Origin: a virus
Taxonomy: Duplodnaviria; Heunggongvirae; Uroviricota; Caudoviricetes
Reading direction: 5' to 3' (one strand)
Length of the DNA: 64,000 nt
Virus record (IMG/VR): IMGVR_UViG_3300029725_000197
Below the pieces are notes generated by a model. The model was given only the letters and a program-made list of their open reading frames with translations. It searched no databases and was not told the origin of the DNA. Of this stretch, positions 44,084 through 53,402 are shown piece after piece. A program made the position numbers and the translations under genes. Each line of letters starts with the position of its first letter. Position 1 is the first letter of the stretch.

Positions 44084-47000
44084 ATGGCAAAATACACAGG
44101 CCGCCGGATCGTTCCCAAACATGCAGGCGAATGGGACATCCGGAAAGAATATGAAGAGCTGCAGATCGTACTGGATGCAGACAGCGGCAACAGTTTTATC
44201 TCCAATTTTCCAGTGCCGAAAGGAACGGCTCTGAGTGATGAGAAGTATTGGAGCCTGTTCAGCCTGCATAGTGAGCAGATCGCAGAGGCAGAGGAGCATC
44301 TGACCCAGACGGCCGAAGATATCCGCTCAGAGCTTTCGGAAACAGAAAACCGGATCAACAAAAATGTATCCGACACGGAAGGCCGTATCAATGAAAGTCT
44401 CTCCAGCACAGAAAGTAAGGTAAACACCAGCCTGTCCGAGACAGAAAACCGTGTGACTGCGCGTGTGGAGAATGCAAAATCGGATCTGACTGAAAAAGTC
44501 GCTGCGGCAGAGCAGCAGATGAACCAGAACGCCCAGAATGTCGCACAGACAAACAAGGCTCTGAATGCCCGGATGGACCAGATTGCAAAAGGGAGAACCT
44601 CTGACACAGAAGTCCTTGATGCAAGAGTGGATTCGGAGGGGAATACCTTTGACAACCTTGGAGCAGCGATCCGTTCCATCTATCCGAAAGCAAAAGAAGG
44701 GCTGGATGCACTGCAGGAATCCAAGGTGGATGCAAACTATGATGCGACCGGCGAACTGACAGAAGGCATTACAGTCAACACGATCAACGGAGAAACGCAG
44801 AAGTTTGAGCATGTCCAGACGACAGCACTGATCCCGGTAGATACCGCCTGCCAGAAGGTCTACTATACCGGGCAGGTGTTCAACTGGATCGGAGTTGCAG
44901 GCTATGATGCCAATGGTACGTTTGTGGCATCCATTCTGGATTCCAGGGACACAGAACAGCCGCAGGAGTACAAAGAAAAGGAATTGGAGATCCCGGAAGG
45001 GGTATTCCAGATCCGGGCAAGCTCCTATACGAAGGACCTGAGCCTGAAGGTGTGCGGAGAGTCTGTAAAGCTGTGGAATCAGGTTCAGAGGGAGCGACAG
45101 AATCAGAAAAAGATGGCAATCGAGATCGAAGCACTGCGAAGTGCGGATGATGCACTGGCAAAGGAAACGATGACCAGTCTGGATCTGCCCTTTTTATATC
45201 CCGGTGTCAGCAATATCTGGGAAGGCAGCAGCCCGGTACTCCAGACCTACTATGTGCCGCTGACTGTTCTGCAAAGCTCGTTTGTACAGGAAATCCAGTT
45301 CACACTCCGAACCATTGGGGAGACGATCCTGACTGCCATGCTTGAATCGGAAGAAGGCGAGGTGTTCCGCCAGACGGTAGAACTGGTGAAGGGAGACAAC
45401 AAGATTGTCCTGCTCCTGCACCGATTTATAGATGAAGGAGCATACAGACTGCGTGTGCGCAGCACAGACAAGGTGCTCTATTATCCGGTGCGCCCGAATA
45501 CTGGAAAAGAAATCCGCAACGATTTTTTCAGCAATGAACCGTCCGGGAATGTGGAGTATGATTACAAAAACCGCCTGATCGTCTTTATGGGCAAGATCCT
45601 GATTGGTACAGGTAAGGTGGATACGACACTATCCTATTCCGGCATGGCTGCGGATGCCGCCGTTGTAGGACAGGCTTTCAAGGATGAGCGGGAATACACG
45701 GATACCCTGGCATCCGGCAAGCTGGATGCAGTCCATAGCCGGAACCTGCTCGACCCTTCCAGGTATCGTCCGGGATGGTTTGCTTTTGTACACTCGTCCA
45801 TCATTCAGTATCATGCAGACAATCTCCGATATGGTTCCACGGATTATATCCCGGTCAGCGAGAAAGGTCTTGTGACCAAAGGCTCCGGCACGAACGGTGT
45901 AACCAGCCAGGTCGTGTTTGACAAGGCGAAGAAGGTACTCCGTTATGTGGATGCCAATGACCAGTACACCTATCAGGAGGGCGATGCCTATGTGATGTTC
46001 TTCTATATGGCCTCTTCCGGACAGAAGCTCTGCGTTGTTGAGGGAACGGAGTATGTATACGAAGCATACACGGATTATAAGCCGCTGGATGATCTGAAAC
46101 AGGAATTGAACTCCCTGCAGACGGAGACAGATAACCAGAAAAAGCAGCTGACAAATCTGACTGCCCGGCTGGATCAGCTGGTGGCCGTGCCGGAAAAGAA
46201 AGACCTCCGCCTTGTCCCGGCGGCTCCGGTGTATACGGTCTGCAATAACCTTATGACCGCCAGAAATTATCATGTTTCAGTCTGGGTGGACCATCTGATC
46301 GCAGAGACCGGCTGGAAGGATAGAGCGGCTGGTTTTGGTACGGAGATGGAGGAGCGCTTTGACCTGTATTCACCGTTTACCAACACGGCAGTCAACAGCG
46401 GGGAGGATGTTCTGGAACAGACGGTAGAAAAATCGTTTGTGTCAGATGTCTATAAGACGCAGAAACTCAAATTCAAGCACCGCAGCACCTTGGCCAGTAT
46501 GGGAAAGAACCAGTTCCCGAAGATCCTTGTCATCGGTGACAGTGTGACGGATGGGTATCTGGCTGGTGTTGGGAAAACAGATGCGGATCTTCCAATCCAT
46601 TATTGGTCGTGGGTGCGCTACCTGTTTGATCTGGACCGCAAGGACGCGAAAGCGGCAGAAACCGAATACCGCTGTCTGATGGTCGGCATGCCGGGAACAG
46701 TGAATGGCAAGCATTACGGCTCCTCGTCCTCGTTCAAGCTGGATGGAAAGACGGTTGTGAACTATGCGATGGGTAAGGGCGGCTGGAGTGCAGAGGATCT
46801 GAACCTTGCAACTTTTGAGAGCGCATCTAATATTAACCCGTTCTACGATGAAAAGACGAAGGGCTTCTCGCTGAAGGCTTGTCTGGATAAGTACAGGACG
46901 TTGGCGGATAACGGCATGACCCGGCTTATCCCCGGCGAAACCGCAGGCACGGAAGTAAAAGATGCCAACGCTTATGACCTGTGCACGCCGACCCATGTGG

Positions 47001-47482
47001 TGATCAACTTAAACCACAACAGTTCCCTTGCAGAGTACAAAGCCAATATCCCGGATATCGTGAAAACAATCAAGCGTGAGTATCCGGATATTATAGTGAT
47101 CCTCATGTCCATTGATGAGACCGGCACTTACTTCCCGGCAAAATACCCGGAGTACCGGGCTTCTGAGATCACGCTGGGCGGACTTCACAGCAAGAATGTG
47201 AGCATCTACCAGTATTTCTGCGATGAACTGCAGGATGAGGCAAACGGTGTCTATGTATGCAGTGGGCATCTGATCCAGCCTGCCGTGGAGAGTTACCCTA
47301 CACTGGATTATGTGTCTGCGGATTCGGTCGGCAGACAGAGTGGCAGGGTACTGCACATGGCATACGGCCGGGGTCAGTACGGAGGCCCCAACTGGCATCC
47401 GAACAACTACGCACACTGCGCATGGGGCTATCAGCTGTATGCGTTGGTCAAGTATACACTGGCACTACAGGATATGAAGTGA
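44084..47482 (+). CDS. tail fibre / receptor-binding protein 1 with C-terminal SGNH/GDSL hydrolase domain
   Basis: 1132 aa. The N-terminal ~190 aa are paralogous to 47617. C-terminal 'ILVIGDSVTDG' GDSL block. Confidence 0.7.
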   Translation: MAKYTGRRIVPKHAGEWDIRKEYEELQIVLDADSGNSFISNFPVPKGTALSDEKYWSLFSLHSEQIAEAEEHLTQTAEDIRSELSETENRINKNVSDTEGRINESLSSTESKVNTSLSETENRVTARVENAKSDLTEKVAAAEQQMNQNAQNVAQTNKALNARMDQIAKGRTSDTEVLDARVDSEGNTFDNLGAAIRSIYPKAKEGLDALQESKVDANYDATGELTEGITVNTINGETQKFEHVQTTALIPVDTACQKVYYTGQVFNWIGVAGYDANGTFVASILDSRDTEQPQEYKEKELEIPEGVFQIRASSYTKDLSLKVCGESVKLWNQVQRERQNQKKMAIEIEALRSADDALAKETMTSLDLPFLYPGVSNIWEGSSPVLQTYYVPLTVLQSSFVQEIQFTLRTIGETILTAMLESEEGEVFRQTVELVKGDNKIVLLLHRFIDEGAYRLRVRSTDKVLYYPVRPNTGKEIRNDFFSNEPSGNVEYDYKNRLIVFMGKILIGTGKVDTTLSYSGMAADAAVVGQAFKDEREYTDTLASGKLDAVHSRNLLDPSRYRPGWFAFVHSSIIQYHADNLRYGSTDYIPVSEKGLVTKGSGTNGVTSQVVFDKAKKVLRYVDANDQYTYQEGDAYVMFFYMASSGQKLCVVEGTEYVYEAYTDYKPLDDLKQELNSLQTETDNQKKQLTNLTARLDQLVAVPEKKDLRLVPAAPVYTVCNNLMTARNYHVSVWVDHLIAETGWKDRAAGFGTEMEERFDLYSPFTNTAVNSGEDVLEQTVEKSFVSDVYKTQKLKFKHRSTLASMGKNQFPKILVIGDSVTDGYLAGVGKTDADLPIHYWSWVRYLFDLDRKDAKAAETEYRCLMVGMPGTVNGKHYGSSSSFKLDGKTVVNYAMGKGGWSAEDLNLATFESASNINPFYDEKTKGFSLKACLDKYRTLADNGMTRLIPGETAGTEVKDANAYDLCTPTHVVINLNHNSSLAEYKANIPDIVKTIKREYPDIIVILMSIDETGTYFPAKYPEYRASEITLGGLHSKNVSIYQYFCDELQDEANGVYVCSGHLIQPAVESYPTLDYVSADSVGRQSGRVLHMAYGRGQYGGPNWHPNNYAHCAWGYQLYALVKYTLALQDMK

Positions 47483-47544
47483 GGCCGGGAATATCCCGGA
47501 GAAAGGAAAAGCTATGATGAACCGTAATAATTGTCTGAAAATTC

Positions 47545-47554
47545 GGGGGGGGGG
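47545..47554. repeat. homopolymeric G10 tract in the fibre1-fibre2 intergenic region
   Basis: 'attcGGGGGGGGGGtatcgg', 63 nt upstream of ATG 47617. Confidence 0.6.
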
Positions 47555-47616
47555 TATCGGATTATCTGACCTGTGCAGTAATCTGATCTCTTCTGTGCTG
47601 AGGGGAGGTGTGTTCT

Positions 47617-49980
47617 ATGCCTAAGTATGTTGGCAGACGCATCGTCCCGAAGCATGGCGGCATCTGGGACAAGACAAAAGAGTATGAGGAACTGATCATC
47701 GTGCTGTGTCAGGAAACTGGTGTCAGCTATATCTCCAAGCTGCCGGTCCCGGCTGGAACGGAAATCTTTAATGAACACTACTGGGCTGTATGCAGTCAGT
47801 TCAGTGAGCAGATAAGGCTGGCAGAGGATCATCTGACTCAGACAGCAGAGGACGTCCATACGGAACTGACAGAAACAGAAAGCCGCATCAGCAAGAATGT
47901 GTCCGAAACGGAAGAAAGGGTCACCCAGAAACTCACAGATACGGTGCAGAACGTGAATGACAGCCTGAGTGATACGACCACAACGCTGGCGAAGAAGGTG
48001 ACAGATGCACAGAAGCAGCTGGAGGATGGACGGACGGCCATGCAGCAGAGTGCAGCATCGCTGAATTCCAGGATGAACAGCATTGCATCTGGTAAGACTA
48101 CGGACAAAGAGACCCTGGATGCGCGGGTCGATTCGGCAGGAAAGACCTATGACTCGTTTGGTGCGCACCTACGGTCCAGAGCCGACAAGTTCTATGCCAA
48201 CGGTATGCCTTTTTCTTATACAGGAGCAGTCAATCTGAATACCACAGAGCATCAGCTGGAGTTTTCTGGGAACTTTATCTATCTGGGTGCGAAGGGGAAT
48301 AAGCTGCTTACGAAACCAGAGCCGGTTCCGTATAATCCGGATGCTCTTTTGACCTATATCTCCTACGATACAGTGGAAGGGACGTTGGTGACAGCGGACT
48401 GGTCGGATTCTCCAAAAGAGAATGATATCATCGTTTTTGTAGTGGACTGTAAATATCCGGAACGGTCTTATGGCTACTTTCCGTTCAAGGTGGATGGCAG
48501 GATGCCGTTTGGCGACCATACGCTGTCTGGCACGATGCTTCTGGATAAATCGGTGGACGGACAGAAACTCCTGGATGCTACCGTTACAAAGGATAAACTC
48601 GCAGATGCCTGTGTAAGCGTGGCAAAACTTGCACGGGATGCGCTGATGTCACAGAGCCTTGAAGTTCCGTTCCAGCCCTGTGTCTTTTCCAAAGGAAAAT
48701 GGGAGATCGTGGATGAAGGAGCCACCATCCATCATTTTTTGACGGAGTATGAGAGCGGGTATTATGGCGGCGGCATTAAAGTTCCCCGTGCGGAGCGGTT
48801 TGATAAGCTCTATGTCGAGATGGATTACTGCAACGACCAGCTGATGCACTACTATGTGGTTGGTTCAAAGCTGGTAAACCTTGGGTCGATTGCTTCTACA
48901 GATGGAAAACCAAAGAGGATCACGCTTGAAATCCCATCCAAAAAGCTGGAAGATGCCGGGTATAAGGATGACTATATCCAGATCGTGTTCACGAAGAACA
49001 GCACCTACGATATGACCATGTCCAACGTAAAGGCACATTACTTCAATGTGAAGGGCAGCTACTTTGGGGAAGATTACAGCCTCCTTCATGAGCAGGCTGA
49101 CACCAATACAAAGGAGCTTGCTGCCTTGTCGGAAAAGGTCAGTGTAAATGCGGATGCGATCAAAACAGCAGATGCGAATATGCAGAACCTTTCCAAAACG
49201 ATCAGTTCCGTGTCTACGGATATGCAGGTGGTCCTGAAGCAGAAATCGGCATTCACCGGAAAGAAGATCCTGTTTTTGGGAGACAGCATCACGGCACTGA
49301 ACACATCGGAGCGTGGCTGGGTAAGGTACTTCAATGAGATCATCCAGCCGGAGCAGTTTGTGAATCTGTCGGTCTCCAGTGCCAGATGGTGCGATTATGA
49401 GGACAGCGTTTACGATGGAAACCCGGTCTTTTCCGGACCGGACCAGAACCATAACAATGTCATGGGCAATCAGGTAGAAAAACTCATCCGGGGCAAGGAC
49501 AAGACCAATACTCATTATAAGGAAGTGACTGCCTACGCCGACTTTGATATGATCCTGATCGCCTGTGGTACGAATGATGGTGTTCCTTCCGGCGATATGG
49601 AAGGCTCTTTCACTTCGGAGAATGAAATGGTCGCCATCGAAGAGCTGGACCGCAGGGTGTTTGCATCAGCATTCCGGTACAGCATCGAAAAACTGCAGCA
49701 GCTGTACCCGGCGGCGAAGATTTATATCTGTACGCCGATCCAGGGCTATATCACGACCCGGAGTTATGCACAGTCAAAGGAGAAAGGCGATTATCTGAAA
49801 CTTCTTGCCGGCAGGATGTCTCTGGAAATCATTGATACTTTCTGCTGTGGTATCTGTGACATCTACGAGAAAAAGAATGCCAATGGCCGCTACCTGATTG
49901 ACGGTCTGCATCCGAATGCGGCAGGCGCAAAGAAGATCGGAGTGTTCAATGCCAGCGCGGTGATTGCCAGCTATCGATAA
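47617..49980 (+). CDS. tail fibre / receptor-binding protein 2 with C-terminal SGNH/GDSL hydrolase domain
   Basis: RBS GAGGGGAGG before ATG 47617. The N-terminus 'MPKYVGRRIVPKHGGIWDKTKEYEEL' is paralogous to 'MAKYTGRRIVPKHAGEWDIRKEYEEL' of fibre 1. C-terminal 'KKILFLGDSITALN…DGLHPN' SGNH motifs. Confidence 0.7.
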   Translation: MPKYVGRRIVPKHGGIWDKTKEYEELIIVLCQETGVSYISKLPVPAGTEIFNEHYWAVCSQFSEQIRLAEDHLTQTAEDVHTELTETESRISKNVSETEERVTQKLTDTVQNVNDSLSDTTTTLAKKVTDAQKQLEDGRTAMQQSAASLNSRMNSIASGKTTDKETLDARVDSAGKTYDSFGAHLRSRADKFYANGMPFSYTGAVNLNTTEHQLEFSGNFIYLGAKGNKLLTKPEPVPYNPDALLTYISYDTVEGTLVTADWSDSPKENDIIVFVVDCKYPERSYGYFPFKVDGRMPFGDHTLSGTMLLDKSVDGQKLLDATVTKDKLADACVSVAKLARDALMSQSLEVPFQPCVFSKGKWEIVDEGATIHHFLTEYESGYYGGGIKVPRAERFDKLYVEMDYCNDQLMHYYVVGSKLVNLGSIASTDGKPKRITLEIPSKKLEDAGYKDDYIQIVFTKNSTYDMTMSNVKAHYFNVKGSYFGEDYSLLHEQADTNTKELAALSEKVSVNADAIKTADANMQNLSKTISSVSTDMQVVLKQKSAFTGKKILFLGDSITALNTSERGWVRYFNEIIQPEQFVNLSVSSARWCDYEDSVYDGNPVFSGPDQNHNNVMGNQVEKLIRGKDKTNTHYKEVTAYADFDMILIACGTNDGVPSGDMEGSFTSENEMVAIEELDRRVFASAFRYSIEKLQQLYPAAKIYICTPIQGYITTRSYAQSKEKGDYLKLLAGRMSLEIIDTFCCGICDIYEKKNANGRYLIDGLHPNAAGAKKIGVFNASAVIASYR

Positions 49981-50083
49981 TCAAATCCCACGGCTTGTCC
50001 GTGTTTTTATATATAATCCATATCAAAGGGCAGCTTCGGCTGTCTATTTTTATTGCCCGGATACGGGCGGAAAGGACGGAATT

Positions 50084-50506
50084 ATGCAGAATGTGATCGA
50101 CAAGATTGAATGGATGTTCGCAGGCCTGGGTGGTTTCCTGGGCTGGTTCTTCGGCGGTTTTGACGGCTTCCTGTATGCACTTGTAGTGTTTGTGGTCTGT
50201 GATTACTTCACCGGGGTGCTGGCGGCAGCAATCAAGCATGAGCTTTCTTCTGAAGTAGGCTTTAAGGGTATCGCCAAGAAGGTATGTATCTTTGTGCTGG
50301 TTGGTATTGCCAATATCATTGACACACAGATCCTCCAGAATGGAGCTGCCATCCGCACCGCTGTGGTGTTCTTCTATCTGGCAAACGAGGGCCTGAGCTG
50401 TCTTGAGAATGCAGCGGTGATCGGTCTTCCGGTGCCGGAGAAGCTCAAGGAGATGCTGGCACAGCTGAAAGACGAGCGCGATCAGGACAAAATCGACAAG
50501 CAGTAA
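50084..50506 (+). CDS. holin (phage_holin_4_1 / phiLC3 family)
   Basis: 'FDGFLYALVVFVVCDYFTGVLAAAIKHELSS.VGFKGIAKK' holin_4_1 signature, 140 aa. Confidence 0.7.
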   Translation: MQNVIDKIEWMFAGLGGFLGWFFGGFDGFLYALVVFVVCDYFTGVLAAAIKHELSSEVGFKGIAKKVCIFVLVGIANIIDTQILQNGAAIRTAVVFFYLANEGLSCLENAAVIGLPVPEKLKEMLAQLKDERDQDKIDKQ

Positions 50507-50560
50507 TCAACCGGGAGGGGCGATAAGCCTCTCCCACATTTTATTTAGGAGGAACGGACC

Positions 50561-51268
50561 ATGAGTATGAAAGAATATCCCGCAAAGCTGACGACCGGCT
50601 ACTACCGTGTGCGTGAGGACTGGGAGGATGAAGCATCCCAGCTTGGCGCATACCGTCTGCTGGCGAATGCAAAAGCCAAGTGCGATGAGAATCCCGGCAG
50701 CCGTGTATTTGATAATGACGGCAATGTGATCTACCCGGAGGAGGCTGTGCCGGTGACAGGTGCAGAAGAAGCGGAGGAAAAGCCGGTTATGGACGAGCCG
50801 GAAGGGAAAGCACCGGAAGAGGAACCTTCGGAAGAGAAGGACACCCCTGTGACGGATGAGCAGAAAGCGGAACCCGGAAAGGAAGAGTATCCGACTGCAG
50901 AGGAACTCCCGGCAGCGATCGCCTATGGCAAGCTCAAGACTCTTATGAATATCCGGGAAATGCCGGATACCAGTGCAGAGGTTGTGGCTATCTATAAGAA
51001 GAATACGCTGATCGAGATCGTGGAGTTCTGCGCCGGCTGGCTGAAGATCAAATGCCAGGAAGCGGCGAGCGGTCTGGCCTATGTTCTCAACAGTGCGGAT
51101 ACCTATGCCTTTACCGCCAGCAAGATCTACACCGTTGTTCCGGGTGACAACCTCTGGAAGATTGCAGAGAAGGAACTTGGGGATGGAAGCCGTTGTGCCG
51201 ATATCCGCGCACTGAACGGTCTGACTTCCAATGCCATCCGGGTCGGTATGAAGCTGCTGATCCCGTAA
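50561..51268 (+). CDS. cell-wall-binding protein (N-terminal domain shared with the endolysin C-terminus, SH3b-like, C-terminal LysM)
   Basis: 'YTVVPGDNLWKIAEKELGDGSRCADIRALNGL…VGMKLLIP' is LysM. 'GYYRVREDWEDEASQLGAY' is paralogous to 'GWYRVRKSWQNAASQKGAF' at the endolysin C-terminus. Confidence 0.55.
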   Translation: MSMKEYPAKLTTGYYRVREDWEDEASQLGAYRLLANAKAKCDENPGSRVFDNDGNVIYPEEAVPVTGAEEAEEKPVMDEPEGKAPEEEPSEEKDTPVTDEQKAEPGKEEYPTAEELPAAIAYGKLKTLMNIREMPDTSAEVVAIYKKNTLIEIVEFCAGWLKIKCQEAASGLAYVLNSADTYAFTASKIYTVVPGDNLWKIAEKELGDGSRCADIRALNGLTSNAIRVGMKLLIP

Positions 51269-51343
51269 ACGGTGCATTTCGACGCTTTTTTAGGACTTCA
51301 ATTCCCAACAGCATAACTGTATACTAGGGCTGAGGTGATGAAA

Positions 51344-51646
51344 ATGAACGAAGTGCTCATGGCAGAAGATGTGTTAAGACCGTATGGCATCACATTGTAC
51401 TACAAGGGCTGCGAATATCTGAGGGATGCAATCATCCTGCACTGGCATCAGCCGGACCTGATACCAGGTCAGCTCATACAGCTTGTTGCAAATCAAAAAG
51501 GGGCTAAGAAGAGTAGTGTCCTCGGCACCATTTCTACGATCGCAAACGTAGCGTGGAAAGTCAATGGGACAGGCGGCGAAAAACCGATGTCTGCCATGAA
51601 GTTCGTCTGTAGGATGCTAGAAGAAGCGGATGGGATTATAAAATAA
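51344..51646 (+). CDS. Spo0A C-terminal-domain-like DNA-binding protein
   Basis: 'TISTIANVAWKVNGTGGEKPMSAMKFVCRMLEEA' resembles the Spo0A_C recognition region (from memory). Promoter-like TTCAAT-18-TATACT upstream. Confidence 0.35.
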   Translation: MNEVLMAEDVLRPYGITLYYKGCEYLRDAIILHWHQPDLIPGQLIQLVANQKGAKKSSVLGTISTIANVAWKVNGTGGEKPMSAMKFVCRMLEEADGIIK

Positions 51647-51662
51647 CAAAATAACCACAGCA

Positions 51663-51698
51663 CGAGACTCGGAGTGATCCGGGTCTCGATTTTTTTAG
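51663..51698 (+). terminator. terminator (CGAGACTCGG agtgat CCGGGTCTCG ATTTTTTT)
   Basis: 10-bp stem with one G·U plus T7. Confidence 0.6.
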
Positions 51699-51709
51699 GA
51701 GGAATCGAT

Positions 51710-53182
51710 ATGGGATACACCAATAGTCCACTCGTTGTTTACACCAAACTCTCCCCGAACCATTCCGGGCAGAGAACACACAGCATTGACCGCATCACGC
51801 CGCATTGCGTGGTAGGCCAGCTTTCTGCAGAGAGCATTTGCGGATGTTTTACCAGTCCGACCCGTCAGGCCAGCTGCAACTATGGCATTGGCACGGACGG
51901 CCGTGTTTCTCTGTGCGTGGAGGAGAAGAACCGCAGTTGGTGCTCGTCCAGCAATTCCAATGACCAGAGAGCAGTCACCATCGAATGTGCCAGCGACATG
52001 AATGAGCCGTATGCGATGAACAGCGCCGTATATAACTCGCTCGTTAAGCTCTGCATCGATATCTGCAAACGTAACGGCAAGAAGAAGCTCCTGTGGCTGG
52101 GCGACAAGAATAAAACCCTCAACTACGCTCCGGCAGCAGATGAGATGATCCTGACTGTTCATCGCTGGTTTGCCAACAAAAGCTGTCCCGGAAACTGGCT
52201 GTATGCCCGTCTGGGTGATCTGGCCGCAAGGGTGACGGCGGCACTGGGCGGTTCAGCTCCATCCTGCCTGCAGGCATCTTTCCTTAAGAACCTGTCAGAA
52301 GCAGAGGCAGTGGCAAAGATCGGCCCGCTGTTTACAGAAAACCAGAAGCAGTCCGGCATCCTCGCCTGCGTGTCGATGGCGCAGTTTATTCTGGAGTCCG
52401 GCTATGGTAAGTCTGAGCTGGCACAGAATGCAAATAACTGCTTTGGCATGAAGACCTCTCTTTCCGGGAACAGCTGGAGTGGCAGCAGTTGGGATGGCAA
52501 GTCGGTCTATACCAAGAAAACGCAGGAGCAGAATGCCGATGGCAGCTATGTCACGATCACCGTTGATTTCCGAAAGTACGCCTGTGTGGAGGACTCCATT
52601 GCCGACCACGCGGCATATCTGCTTGGTGCGATGAATGGCAGCAGGAAACGTTATGAAGGTCTGGCTGGATGCATGGACTACAAGAAGGCTGTGCAGATCA
52701 TCAAGGACGGCGGATATGCCACCAGCCACACCTATGTGCAGAATCTCTGCAATATCATCGAACGCTGGAACCTGACACAGTATAATGCCGTAGCCCAGAA
52801 CCAGGGAGGTAACATCTCTGGCTGGTATCGTGTGCGTAAGAGCTGGCAGAATGCAGCTTCCCAGAAAGGGGCGTTCCATGATCTGTCCTATGCGAAGCAG
52901 TGCGCGGATGCGAATCCGGGGTATACGGTCTTTGATCCGGTCGGCAAGGCGGTCTATCCTGTGAACCAGACTGCATCTGTGCCGTATGCGGTTCGAGTGT
53001 CCATCAATGACCTCAACATCCGTAAAGGACCAGGCACAAACTACGGCAAGACCGGTTATTACACCGGAAGGGGCGTGTTCACCATCGTGGCAGAATCTGC
53101 TGGTGCTGGTTCTGTGAAAGGCTGGGGCAAGCTGAAATCCGGTGCAGGTTGGATCGCACTTGACTTCGCAGCACGTATCTGA
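51710..53182 (+). CDS. endolysin: N-acetylmuramoyl-L-alanine amidase (Amidase_2) + glucosaminidase domain + SH3-like wall-binding domains
   Basis: RBS AGGAGGA before ATG 51710. 'ITPHCVVGQ…TIECASDMNE' is Amidase_2/PGRP. 'ILACVSMAQFILESGYGKSELAQNANNCFGMK' is the glucosaminidase (FlgJ-like) domain. C-terminal SH3-like repeats. Confidence 0.8.
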   Translation: MGYTNSPLVVYTKLSPNHSGQRTHSIDRITPHCVVGQLSAESICGCFTSPTRQASCNYGIGTDGRVSLCVEEKNRSWCSSSNSNDQRAVTIECASDMNEPYAMNSAVYNSLVKLCIDICKRNGKKKLLWLGDKNKTLNYAPAADEMILTVHRWFANKSCPGNWLYARLGDLAARVTAALGGSAPSCLQASFLKNLSEAEAVAKIGPLFTENQKQSGILACVSMAQFILESGYGKSELAQNANNCFGMKTSLSGNSWSGSSWDGKSVYTKKTQEQNADGSYVTITVDFRKYACVEDSIADHAAYLLGAMNGSRKRYEGLAGCMDYKKAVQIIKDGGYATSHTYVQNLCNIIERWNLTQYNAVAQNQGGNISGWYRVRKSWQNAASQKGAFHDLSYAKQCADANPGYTVFDPVGKAVYPVNQTASVPYAVRVSINDLNIRKGPGTNYGKTGYYTGRGVFTIVAESAGAGSVKGWGKLKSGAGWIALDFAARI

Positions 53183-53190
53183 CCTTCATG

Positions 53191-53217
53191 GGCTTTCCTG
53201 AAAAGGAGAGCCTTTTA
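53191..53217 (+). terminator. terminator (GGCTTTCC tgaaaa GGAGAGCC TTTTAC)
   Basis: Hairpin plus T-run after the endolysin. Confidence 0.45.
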
Positions 53218-53288
53218 CATACAACGCAATCGTCAGTTCTGCCCGATTATATGGGCAGATATTCTACGATTTATAGTTCGGATATCAC

Positions 53289-53335
53289 TTGCTATAAGTG
53301 CCGGATAGAGCAAATATGTCACTACCCGAAGATAG
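53289..53335 (+). promoter_or_regulatory. promoter cassette copy P10 (TTGCTA-17-AAATAT gtcactacccgaag) upstream of recombinase genes
   Basis: Diverged copy. Followed by the perfect 8-bp hairpin TTTTCCTT-tcgg-AAGGAAAA at 53361-53380. Confidence 0.4.
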
Positions 53336-53402
53336 GAAAAGGCGGTGGCATTACCACACGTTTTCCTTTCGGAAGGAAAATCTGACGAAAGGAGAGGACG
53401 AT

